This document shows, piece by piece, positions 1 through 11,505 of a DNA stretch of 64,000 bases (positions are counted from its first letter, which is position 1; the number at the start of each line of letters is the position of its first letter). A model generated the notes under the pieces. That model saw nothing but the letters and a program-made list of their open reading frames with translations. It was not told the DNA's origin and did no database searches. Location: assembly GCF_018350175.1 (NCBI RefSeq), contig NC_058368.1:235912001-235976000 (forward strand), read 5' to 3'. Source of the stretch: Felis catus. Its lineage: Eukaryota. Position numbers and translations under genes: made by a program.

Positions 1-1906
1 ACTAAACGCAGCAAATTGTCTCAGGTGAGATTGCAAATGGTTGAAGGTTGCGAGGATCATCGTAGGTTCTCGCAGCTTCCAGACGCTGACTTTTCAGAAA
101 GCCCAGTGACTATGATTCCCAGAGGCAGCTGCTTGACTCAGACAACCTGTTGGCCCCATTTCCAGGAGAAATGTTGCTTCAGGGATGTTACATCAGCCTC
201 TCCCTGAACGAAGCCCACACATCAAAGGTAAGCCCCTCCATCCACTCCCCTTCATGCCAGCTCCGTCCAACTCAAGCCCCCTCCACCTCCAAGCCCACCT
301 CCCCCCCGGTCCACTTCCTTCCCAGTCTACCCCCACCATGTCCCACAGCCAATGCAGAAAGAGGAGGAGAGCACATATAATGCATGTATGGGAAACACAA
401 GTCACATTCAAGTCTAAAAAGATATGTGTGTATGCCATCTTGGGAAAAGGCCAAGGGATTACAGTTTTTAGAAGTCGGTGACGAAGCTTTAAGATCAATG
501 CGAATTCTGCAGGCATACAATGCCAGGGTCAGACGAAACTAGTGATTTATTGCGGTCACCTAGAGAGGTTACAAGTTCACCTTAGCTTTTATAATTGTCG
601 TGAATAGAAATAATTTATCAGGTCATATATAGGGTGACTAATGGGAATCATTTACCTTCTGGATGAATTGAGATCTGACTGTAGAGTGACGCCCGGGTAT
701 CACAGGCTGACGGGGTATTCTTCCGGCATCCTTTTCTCATACCAAATGATCGCTGTCCCCCCCGAATATTGTGGGGAGCCTCAAACAGTGCGAGCTAACA
801 AGTATGTGCTAAGCAACAGCTCGGACATCCTACTCTGTGGTGTGCCTTTTGCAAAAGTCCTTTTCTCCCTGCAAGCTTTGCTTTGTTCATAAGCATTTTA
901 TGTAACAAACAAAAGCACTCACTGCAAAGCGAATGAATTAATAAACTCAATAGGTTTCTTATGTTGAGTTTAATCTGATTAGTGATTAAAACCTTCCAGA
1001 AATTAATCCTGAGATTCGCTGGATTATAAAAATGTTTAGTGGGGTAAAAGGGTGGATATCCATCTACCCAATCTTATGCAGTACATGACCCAAAAATGCC
1101 AGATTTAAGGGAATGATCCATCCGACTTTTGATGAGACATTAATGAGGCAATGTCTGGTTTTATTAAATATTATACATTATTCATAAACCATCCATTCTG
1201 GAAACTAAAATATAGACATTTTCATATTATAAGCATCAATACTACATGAGATTAGCCTGGGGGTCACCCAGAGGGACCTCAGGGACCAACACACTTCCCA
1301 GAACAATTTGTGAACAGTTGCTCTAAATGACACCCATTGGTGGATTTGGGATAGTCTCTCTTTCGGGGAAAATATCCATTTTTAAAAGTTTATTTTTTAC
1401 ACTATTTCTTTGTTCTTTGGGCCTATGAAATAGACTTTTTCCTATCATGAATATGTCAAATAAAAATGGTGATTTTAAGTTATCCAAAATAAACATGATT
1501 TTACTCAGAACCTTATCGTGAGGAGCTGTGCAAAATTACTTTGACATAAGAATAAACCTTATTCCTTCAACTCCCAATGAAAGTAAAATGCATTTCAGAT
1601 AGGACTTTATTTCTCGTATACCTTGAGAATGCCACACCCAAAATATAGTCACGACCCCATGAATGGAAAGACCATATAACACGACTCTAAAATATCGTAG
1701 GCATACTTTGAATGACAAAGACAGATTTAAGTGCTGTTATTCCTTGGTTAATTAAAACAAGTCATTTAGATGATTTTTATAACAGCCTATAAGGGAAAAG
1801 TAATATTTAAAAGAATATAACTACTTGAAGTTGAGCTACTCACTTAAGATATTTTTTTTGTACATAGTTTTCACATACGTTTTAAATAGAAAAAGAACTA
1901 TTTTAA

Positions 1907-2067
1907 GGGGCACGTGGCTGGCTCAGCTGGTTAAGCGTCCACCTTCAGCACAGGTCACGATCTCACGGTTCATGGGTTTGAGTCCTGGGTCAGGCTCTGT
2001 GCTGACAGCTCGGAGCCTGGAGCCTGCTTCGGATTCTGTGTCTCCCTCTCTCTTTGCCCCTCCCCTG

Positions 2068-2100
<33 letters not shown>

Positions 2101-2130
2101 GAATAAATAAAACATTAAACAATAAAAAAA
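1907..2130 (+). mobile_element. CAN-SINE (tRNA-derived carnivore SINE)
   Basis: GGGGCAC head, A-box TGGCTCAGCTGG, (CT)n tract, AATAAA and A-rich tail, flanked by aaaagaacta on both sides. Confidence 0.95.
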
Positions 2131-2182
2131 GAACTACCTTACTCTTCTAATTCATGGTTACTATGTGATCTTAACTGCTCTT

Positions 2183-2620
2183 GCTGTTATGAATTTAGCC
2201 ATATCCCCAAATTCATATGTTGATGTCCTAACAAGCACCCAAGAATGTGACCTTAATGGAGAGGGGGGTCTTTACAAAGGTGATCAAGTTGCAATGAGGT
2301 CATTAGGGTGGGTCCTAATCCAATATGACTGGTGTCCTTATAGAAAGGGGAGATTTGCAGACAGACTTGCACATGAGGAGAACGGCCTTATGAACATGAA
2401 GGCAGAGATGGGGCAATGCATCAGTAGGCCAAGAAATGCCAGGGGTTGCCAGCAGCCCCTGGAAACCAGGGGAGAGGCAGGCATCGGATTCTCCCTCGCA
2501 GCCTCAGAAGGAACCAGTCTTGTGGAGACTTCTGGCCTCCAAAACTGGAGAAACCATAACCTTCTGTCACTCAAGCCACCCAGTCTGTGGCATTTTGCTG
2601 CCGAAGCCAAGCAAATTAAC
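2183..2620 (+). mobile_element. MLT1 (ERVL-MaLR) solo LTR
   Basis: Typical MLT1 words: ccccaaattcatatgttga, gaggtcattagggtgggtcctaatccaatatgactggtgtccttata, aagccacccagtctgtgg. Confidence 0.9.
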
Positions 2621-4380
2621 AAGTTCGCTGTCGGCATCTTCTGACAAACGTCCATTCTCGCGTCACAGAACGTCCATACTGCTCATCTTTTGGGATCTTT
2701 CCGTGTTTTTCAGGAAAACAAAAACCAAAAAACAAGTAGGTGCTGAATTATACGCCAGTGAGACCTTTCCCTCCCTCCACCCCCAAGTCTTCGGGAGAAC
2801 CGTGGCTTGCAGCACCTGGTGAGTTTATTTTTACCGCAAAGGAAGATGTTTGATAAAAGCGACACAGATTCGTTGATGTCAATAGCTGTTCTCTGCTTAC
2901 TTACTCCAGGCCCATCCGTCCCAAGACGAACCCTCAAAGGCAGCCAGCCCCTCAGGAGAGAGCTCCGACCACGTGGAGTGCCGGCTGTCACAGCACCACA
3001 TCTGCCCTGAGACCCTTCCCCTTCCCTTGACCGACTCCTCCTCTCTCCACAAGGACCGTTGCTACCTGTGCCTCCAAGAGCCCTGTTTCCACATTCCGTC
3101 CTGCAGGACAAACACGGGCCTGGAGCCAGTGTCTGGGTTCCCATTTCGGGTGCCCCCCGGAAGGAGTGATGGCCCAGGCAAGGAACGGCCCTTCTTCTGC
3201 CCCAGGTCTACCTGCGAAAGAGGCAGCTTTACCACGCTGTGCTGAGAACCACCGGGGAGGCATCTTGACCAATTCCTGACAAAGGGACAGTGCTTACTTG
3301 TATGATGTTTCTATTCGGCAACCGTGCCACCACGTGCATACCTCTGCTTGAGAACCCACCGCACGACAGTTCCGTCTTCCCTTTACTCGCCTACCGTGTC
3401 CACTGGGCGCATCTTTGTGCGTACACAGAGTGCATTGGCTCTACCTAACTACTGAGTGTTCCTCACAAACATTTCAGAACGCGTGATCTTTATGTACTAA
3501 TCCTTGCCAATTAAATTCAGTATTTTACTTCCCTTTATGGAGAAGAGAAAACCAGACCGCAAGAGGTTAAGAATGACCCAAGTATCACGAAGTTTGTAAC
3601 GATTCACCAACATCTGCACACTTTTAATTTGCAGACACATTAAGGAAATAACTCGGCCAAGGAAGGGCTCTGGTTGTGCGGTCAAGGCAGGCGACCAGGA
3701 CGATGAGGCGCCAGTGACGGCGAGGGCCTCACGTGCTCACCCTGGAAAATCCCCTGTTACGTGTCAGGGGGTCACAACAACCCCCTATAACAGGACAAGT
3801 AGACCCTGTTCTGCCAGTTAACCCATGGGTTACGCAAAGGGTCAGTTAGGGCACGGAAATGTCAGTGATTCTCACGGGCTGGATGGAGAGTCAGTCGGTC
3901 AGTCATTGCACCAGCACAGCATTCGGAGGATTAAATGCTAAAATACTCTCATGCCCTTTGCTAATTAGCCACTGCGGGAGGTCCCTAGCTACTCCTCAAT
4001 CCCTTCTATACTGCCCTCCCCTAAACTCTAGAGCTGCCCCCGTTCCAGCAGCTCGAGGGGTAATACCTGACCCAGCACTGAGCTGTAGTACCTGTGATAA
4101 TGCCCCAAGGCCCTCCTCCCTCCACATGGCACTTTCACACTGTCCAAGCCTGTGCAGAACCCATCTGAATGGTCATGGCCATTCCCTGCTTACAGGTCAT
4201 TCACTGTCTTCACCATCGAACCTGGGAAACCATATTTTTTAAAATTAAAACTATAAATGTCCACTTACTTTCCAATCTTTTGAAAAGGGAAGAAATCATT
4301 TCTTTGAATATGATCTGTTGTGTTGAATTTCCAAGACCCTCTTGAAATGTACGCTTAAGGTTTAATGTATGATCTGTGTG

Positions 4381-4594
4381 TTTTTTTTTTTTCAACATTT
4401 ATTTATTTTTGGGACAGAGAGAGACAGAGCATGAACGGGGGAGGGGCAGAGAGAGAGGAGACACAGAATCGGAAACAGGCTCCAGGCTCTGAGCCATCAG
4501 CCCAGAGCCCGACGCGGGGCTCGAACTCATAGACCGCGAGATCGTGACCTGGCTGAAGTCGGACGCTTAACCGACTGCGCCACCCAGGCGCCCC
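4381..4594 (-). mobile_element. Young feline SINE (SINEC_Fc-like)
   Basis: The minus strand reads GGGGCGCCTGGGTGGCGCAGTCGGTTAAGCGTCCGACTTCAGCCAGGTCACGATC; CpGs are intact and a poly-A tail is present. Confidence 0.95.
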
Positions 4595-4689
4595 TGTATG
4601 TGTTTTTTAATAAAGAAGTGAGACCTCGCAGACACTTTGTAATTTGAATATGGAATCTTTCCAGTTTGTTTAATTTGCCTTCTGCTTTC

Positions 4690-4969
4690 TTTCTTTCTTT
4701 CCCTTTTTGAGAGAGAAAGAGCATGAGCGGGTGCGGGGGGGGGGGGGCGGAGTGAGGGAGAAAGAGAGAGAATATTTTATTTAATTTTTGTTTTTTTAGT
4801 TTATTTTTGGAGAGAGACAGACAGAGCAGGGGAGGGGTAGAGGACCCCAAGCAGGCTTTGCAAGATCAGCACAGAGCCTGATGCAGGGCTCGAACTCAGG
4901 AACCATGAGATCATGACAAGAGCCAATCAAGAGTCAGACGCTTAACCAGCTGAGCCAGCCAGATGCCCC
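4690..4969 (-). mobile_element. Older CAN-SINE (about 4775-4969) with an adjacent truncated SINE tail (about 4690-4772)
   Basis: Two successive T-rich/(GA)n tail segments and one head ending in gatgcccc at 4969. Confidence 0.85.
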
Positions 4970-5142
4970 TCATTTTCCTTCTAAGTGTGAGTTCCTTGAA
5001 TCCTTCCTGCTGTAGGATTTTTGAAGGTTACATGCTTTAATCAAATTTTCCATTTGTGTGGTCATCAGTCAGATGGTTTAAAATGGGAATGAAGATTGGG
5101 GGTTAATTTGGACAGTTTGTTAAGTCAAAAGGGATTAAGAGA

Positions 5143-5238
5143 GGGGAACCCGGCTGGCTCAGTCAGTAAAGCATGTGACTCTCGATCTCAGCGTCATGGG
5201 TTCAAGCCCCAAACTGGGCGTGGGGCCTACTTTAAAAA
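5143..5238 (+). mobile_element. Short tRNA-like SINE (ancestral CAN-SINE type, no CT tract)
   Basis: A-box TGGCTCAGTCAG, B-box GGGTTCAAGCCC, short A tail, flanked by ttaagaga on both sides. Confidence 0.8.
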
Positions 5239-5339
5239 TTGGTTAAGAGAGCTATTTTACTGCAGTATGCCCCTCATTTTGAAATTAAATAAAACAATCC
5301 AGAGAGGTTAAGTAGAATACACTCAAAGGTAAACAGGGG

Positions 5340-5720
5340 GTAAAAAGCAAAAACCTGCCCCGGCAGCCACGAGCCCACCCAGCATTCAGATCTGTGTTTC
5401 CAATTTCCATCCTCCACTGAAAGGATCCAGGGCTTCTTGGAGAAATGCCTGGTTCCGGAGCTGGAGCAGCATATCTACCAGACGAGCCTGGAGCATCACA
5501 AAGTGCCAGAAATTAGGAAGGTGTTCAAAAAGCAACAGCAGAAAGCAGCTATGATAAGACTATGTCAAAGGGACACAGGAGCCAACCTCCAGCTCCCCGT
5601 GCCTTGCCTGGAACAATTCACCAACAACATAAAGAATGTGGTATTGGGTTACAATGCAAAGTATAAGTGAAATATTCATGAGTTTACACCGATATAATTA
5701 AATGACTGAATAAGTAAATA
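5340..5720 (+). mobile_element. L1 (L1MC/MD-type) 3' UTR fragment
   Basis: aaggatccagggcttcttggagaaatg...tgtcaaagggacacaggagcca...catgagtttacaccgatataa resembles old mammalian L1 3' ends. Confidence 0.75.
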
Positions 5721-8279
5721 CTGGAGTGTTCTGTATGTTTTTTTTTTCCTGTTGAACTTATTGAATTCTTGAATTGTTACTTTAAAGAACTTACGATCCA
5801 GGGGAGGATTTAAATTTTGAAGCATTTAATGGATGAAGCAAGGCAGAATATATCTCATGACATTGGACACGACAATCTGTTAGAGGTGCCCAGCAAAGCT
5901 AGGATTGACACTAACTGCAGATGCCGGGGAGGGCAGGCGTTCAGCAAGGTAGGAAGGACTTAGGTGAGCAATCAAGAGCGGGTGAGATATGACAGGTAAC
6001 GTCCCATTGGAAGTATGAAGGGACACCGAGGGGTAGGTGAGGAGGGGCCAGGTTAGCAGGAAGCCAGGTATGTGCCATACGTTTACGTATCTACACAGCT
6101 GAGGGTGCTAAGTTGTATATTTACACCTTAGTCTAATAGATACCAGATGAGTAGCTTCCTGTTTTAGCTTGTTTTTGGAGGAAGAAGTGCAGGCACCTGA
6201 GCATCTCTGACCCAGAGGACATGGCGGGAGCTCAGGTCAACAGCCAGGAACATCTTTCCTCGCATAAACAGAAGAGGGCACAGATCTGTTCACTGGCGCC
6301 CAAAGGGGTTGGTCTAATTGTCAAATCACCCTTTTATTAAATCAGCAGGAATAAAAAGAACGGAAAGAAATCATTTAGTGGCTTATTCAGCATCATTATG
6401 GCTAAAATGGCCTTGAGTCCATATTCCCTGGATGTGTTCACAATTTTAATTAGTCGCAATAGGTTTTAAGCATTAAAGACAACAGTCTTGCCCCTATGAT
6501 TTGTGATTAACACTTGGAAAGTAAAACAAAGCTCTATTTACCTTATTATTGGGTGATCTATGGTGAGTTGAGGATGGGGACATGTGAGAGAAACTGTGTT
6601 TTATTGACATGCCAGGCGAGACTCAAAGAGCGTTGTGCAAATGCTTAGGAACAGCCAATACGGGCTCACCACCACACTCCCCACCTTGTAGGTTGGGAGT
6701 GCTAATCTACTCCCTTGGTATCCCTAAGATTCCTCTGCATCAGGAAGGGTGATTGGAAATACAGACGTCGCATCGAAATGTCTCTCATCCTATTGCTTCC
6801 ACCTAGTTGACTTATCTGATGTCGATCAGTGTGGTTGGGTGAACTCTGCCATACTGGGGGGACCAGCTCCTTGGGTTCAGTAGATCCACACGAGGAAAGT
6901 ATCACCGAAATTACTGGACAGAACGAAGACGTTCACTTGGGTCTTCTCCCTCTCTGCCCCGAGTAGCATGGCTTTGTCCAACCAGCTGTACAAAGACAAG
7001 TATACACGCTGGGCTGCATGGCAACAAATTTCCACTTTGCTGTTTGAGTCATCGCCCACAGTTAAGGTCATAACTCTCCGTTTCTTTCCGTTAATTCTCT
7101 GAAGGGAAAGATGCAGGATGAAAATTCAGAAGGCTGTAGCTCTAAAATTCATCGTCACGAACAAATATTTGACATTCCCAAGAAAGAGAGCGGATCCTAG
7201 AGATTATGCTGTTAAGCTACAGCTGGGTTGTTATTTGTCTGCAATTTTAAATCCTGGCTGTTAAAATTAATTACATTCAAGGGGAGTTTATCAGAATAAA
7301 AGTCTCAGACGTGATATTTTTAGTCTCTGGAATTAAAGTGGCACCGATGAGCCAATAGATCATACTGAAAACAGCCAGCCTTGCCGTTTTGAGTTCTTTA
7401 AACAGACTTATTCTGATTGTAACAAAAACACCCATAAATCTATGCACATATATATTGATCTTGGCTTCCTCTTAAAAATGACTCTGTCCTAGTAAGTTGG
7501 CATATTTCATAAACAAACCAACAAATTATTGATCTATCATATACTCTAAAAGTCCTATGAAGAATCTAGGTGGCTTTTAAGTTCATACTGCACCTAAGGG
7601 AACGAGAAACTCTGAAATGAAAAATAGATATTTAAAGAGAAGCAGGAAAGATATATAGCTGTCTCTTTCTGCTTCCTTCTGACCTCCTATTGTGATTCAA
7701 TCTGTGTGTACCGCATCCCACACTGTATCTACTGATACGGCATTTAGGACATGAATGCTGTGCCTTCCAAGAGGCTTCAGTAATTAAGTTACTGCCTCTA
7801 ATAATTGCTTTCTGGAAAAGCCTGTCTAGATATTTCTCGGCCTAAACGAAAGATGTGTAAGTTAATATATTTGTAAGGCATGCTCCAGTAAAGCCTCTCA
7901 GTGAAAACGGGTAAAAAAGAATTGTTTCTATTAACTTAGTGCAAAAAGGATATCACCGTGTAATATTTTGTTAACAAAATTAAAATGGCGACTGACACAT
8001 TAATCGTGGTGCTGAGTGAAAGGAGTGTGCCTATACGCCTTTTCATCAGATGTGTTTTCCGTCAGAGTCCGGCAGGCTCAGGCCGACTCCGCCAGAGGCT
8101 CGGGACGCTAAGACAACATTGATTATAGATTATGAGGATTGCAATTCATATGCAGAACAACACTTGGTCTTAGCTAAAAACCGGGGTAATTGGGTAAAGT
8201 GTAGAGGTGTTTCAAAATCATAGATATGCGGGTTTTTTTTTTTTTAATACTAAATCCTGTCTTGTGTCTTCTGGAAAGG

Positions 8280-9200
8280 GGAGGCAGGAAGAGTAAACAA
8301 GAGACAGATGACGAGTAGACCTTAATGTGTGTTACAGCGTGGTAAGTGATGGGGTGGAAAGGAGTACCTCCAGCCAGGTCCGGGTACCAGGGAGAGCCTG
8401 AGCAGGGGCGGACAGGTCATAACACCATTTCGTGTACTCAGGGTAGAGGCGTCTGGGGGGGAGACCTTCAAGCAAAGCCTTTAGGCAGTGTGGAGAGTGT
8501 GGGTGGAGGGCTTCAGGGAGAGCCCTGGGGCAGGAGCATGTGAGGTCCGATCAAAGTCATCAGGGGCCAGTGTGGGTGCTGACTCCACGCAGGAAAGGAT
8601 CAAGAGACAGGGGAGAGTGCTGGGCTGCCCTGGGGGCATTTTGGAGGCGCCCCGAGGAGGGCCAGTTCAAGGACTTCAACACCCGCCAAGTGAAATGCAG
8701 CCCGTGATCTGGCCGCTGAGGGTCAAGCACAGAAGCAGGAAGGCTACTTGGGAGCTGCCGCAGACGCCCAGGGGCAGGCGGTCACAGCCCACACCTGGGT
8801 CACACGTGGGTAAGAGCTCCGGGAGGTGACAGGGGGTCCGATGCTGACGATAATGGGTGGTTGAGTCAAAGAGGCTCCCTCAGCGACTGGTTGTGGGGTG
8901 CGAGGAACAGAGGCGTTGGGATGGCTTCAAGCCTTCTGGCCTGAGAACTGCCCTCTGCCGAAAGAAGGGCCATGAAACAGGTCTGGGCATGGGGAGGGCG
9001 GTGGGGGCTCAAGAGCTCAGTTTGGGTCCTGCCTGTTTTGAAAAGTCTGGCGGACATCCAGGCCAGGGTGACGAGCAGGCCCCGGGCCGTCTGGGGCTCA
9101 GGGGGAGATTTCAGGGCACAGCAGGTGGGTGTCCTTCGCGTTTGGCACCTTGGAAGCCAACGGAGAGGACGAGGTCACCGTGGAAAGAAGTGCAGCCGTG
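8280..9200 (-). mobile_element. Decayed L2 LINE
   Basis: Purine-rich antisense L2-like text, for example gagctcagtttgggtcctgcctgttttgaaaagtctggcggacatcca. Confidence 0.65.
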
Positions 9201-9589
9201 TGAAGATATCGCAAACGCTCTTTGAAACCTTAAATTTCACCACATTCACGCAGAATCAGCGATATTTGTATGTAAGCAGGAATCTACCAAGCAATACGGT
9301 TTTATTCGGGATGGTGATTGCCGTTTTTCACGAGTGTAAACAGAAAAGGACAGATACCCAGTTTGTAGTGCTCCCGGTTCCACCTGGCAAACGTTAACAC
9401 AACTCCTGGGAACTCAAACATGAGAGAAGTTGCGTTGTCTTTGGCCAGCATGTATTTGCTGTGATGAGCCAATCACATCCCAGGGCATTCCGTGCAAATA
9501 GACACAGATCGCAAGAATAAACTTCATTAGATAAAATAAAGTCATTTTATGACTTATAATAGCGTTGTAATAGAAAGGAGCAGTTTCTC

Positions 9590-9833
9590 GGGGCACCCGG
9601 GTGGCTCAGTTGGTTAAATGTCCAACTTCAGCTCAGAGATCTGTGATCTCACAGATTCGTGGGTTCAAGTTCCACGTCACACTCTGTGCTGACAGGTCCG
9701 AGCCTGGAGTCTCCTTCGGATTCTGTGTCTTGTCTCCCTCTTTCTCTGCCCCTCCCCTGCTCATGCTCTGTCTCTGTCTCTCTCTCTCTCTTTCTCTCTC
9801 TCAAAACTGAATAAATATTAAATTTTTTTTTTT
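9590..9833 (+). mobile_element. CAN-SINE
   Basis: Head, CT tract and tail present; TSD aaagga(g/a)cagtttctc at 9574-9589 and 9834-9849. Confidence 0.95.
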
Positions 9834-10242
9834 AAAGGAACAGTTTCTCACAGCAGATGAGACTTTATTTTCTAGTGTGGCTGTTTCCTCAGCAGTATGT
9901 CTGTGAGCAAAACACTCAAGTGTGCCTTTGCTTTCCAACTTCTTTGGCTATGAAATGGGATCATAATATTTACATCGATGAAATTGTAGTAGAAACCACA
10001 TTTTTCTTTCACTGTTCCATTATCGGTTTATCTTTGATAGAGGCTTAGAAATTTATAGGCTTTTTTTTTCATATTAACAAAATATAGGATGTCTTGGTTA
10101 CTTTTTTCAGTATCGGTATGTATTATTACAAAGGCTCAAGGTAGATTATAGAGAACTTGATAATTGAGATTGTTTTTGCAGATTACTCTGTGTTCATTTT
10201 TGTAAATTCTCTGTGTCTGCTTTCAAAACAACCTTGTTCTCA

Positions 10243-10403
10243 GGGGCACCTGGGTGGCTCCGTTGGTTGAATATCTGACTTCAGCTCAGGTCATGATCTC
10301 GCCGTCCGTGAGTTCGAGCCCCGTGTCGGGCTGTGTGCTGACAGCTCAGGGCCTGGAGCCTGCTTTGGATTCTGTGTCCCCCTCTCTCTCTCTGCCCTTC
10401 CCC

Positions 10404-10449
<46 letters not shown>

Positions 10450-10480
10450 AATGAATAAACATTAAGAACTGTTTAAAAAT
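10243..10480 (+). mobile_element. CAN-SINE
   Basis: GGGGCACCTGGGTGGCTC head, long (CT)n tract, AATAAA tail. Confidence 0.95.
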
Positions 10481-10966
10481 AAGCTTCTTCTCTAAATATT
10501 GAGTACAGAACATTCTATATTCCATTATGACATAAATGTTAAGTATGATACTCAGAATTTCTGTATCTACTGTGTTCTCAGTTTATTTAGTGTATCAATT
10601 TCTGGGAAAGTTATGTTGAAATGTACACTATGAGTTTGAACTTGTCCATTTCTTGTAACTTTTTTAGTCTTCTGCTTTCTGTTATTTCCGTTAGATGCAT
10701 ACAGACCCAGGAAAGCTGTACTTGGAAGCGGACAAATCTTTTATCACAAGGTAATGACGTCCATCTGCCAGGATGGGTCTGTGCTTACACGTCTCTTTGG
10801 TCTAGCACAGAGCCACTTTGGTCTAGCACTTCCGTTTGGTCCCTACTCGCTGGATCGAGATCAGGGCTCTGGGAGGGATTGCGTTTTAATTTTTTCTGGT
10901 TTTTATTGGGAAGTCCCCGTGTTTTAACAGCAAATGCCACCCGCTGAACGTATTGCTGTCATGAAT

Positions 10967-11260
10967 TGTCTTAGGTTGGCTCCTCAGTAGCAGACCTTGG
11001 AGGGGAAGGAGGCCGAGCAAGGGTGGGAATTAGCCTGACGGAACGTCAGCTTAGCTCAGTCCTTTCAGGGGCATCTGAGAGCAAAGCACCAGGGCTCAGA
11101 GCTGTGTGACCAGGAGCCCAGAGCTGGATCACTTTATATTCACACACCTAGTCTTCGTTGGTGAAGGGCTGTCCTTCAGGGACAGGAGGGTGGGGCGAGG
11201 TAACCCACAGACCAGGTAACCCCCTGGTCTTACAGAGGGGCGGCTCAGAGAGGGACACCC
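10967..11260. mobile_element. Probable ancient MLT1-type LTR fragment
   Basis: tgtcttaggttggctcctcagtagcagacc...tttatattcacacacctagtcttcgttggtgaagggctg resembles old MaLR LTRs. Confidence 0.5.
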
Positions 11261-11419
11261 AGGACTGTGAGTTATAGGGCTGGACATCACAAAAGGATCC
11301 GTGAGGCTGTGGGCAGAGACCCCACGTTTTCACTCACACTGATCTGTTCTACTGTCTTATGTGTCCTCTTTTTCCTATCGTTTTATTTTTCCCCTGCTTT
11401 TTCACATCTGTTGGATCTA

Positions 11420-11505
11420 GCTATCATCTATCACCTATCTATCTATCTATCTATCATCTATCTATCAATCAATCAATCTATCTACCTATCTATCATCTGT
11501 CTACC
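11420..11505. repeat. (TATC/AATC)n compound tetranucleotide microsatellite
   Basis: Seen directly in the sequence. Confidence 0.95.

Noticed and set aside
2165..2644. 159-aa ORF
   Set aside because: It lies almost entirely within an MLT1 LTR, starts at GTG and has no recognisable domain.
10793..10850. Spaced repeats of tttggtctagcac resembling a CRISPR array
   Set aside because: Only two exact copies plus one partial, with spacers of a few bases, in mammalian DNA; a simple local duplication.
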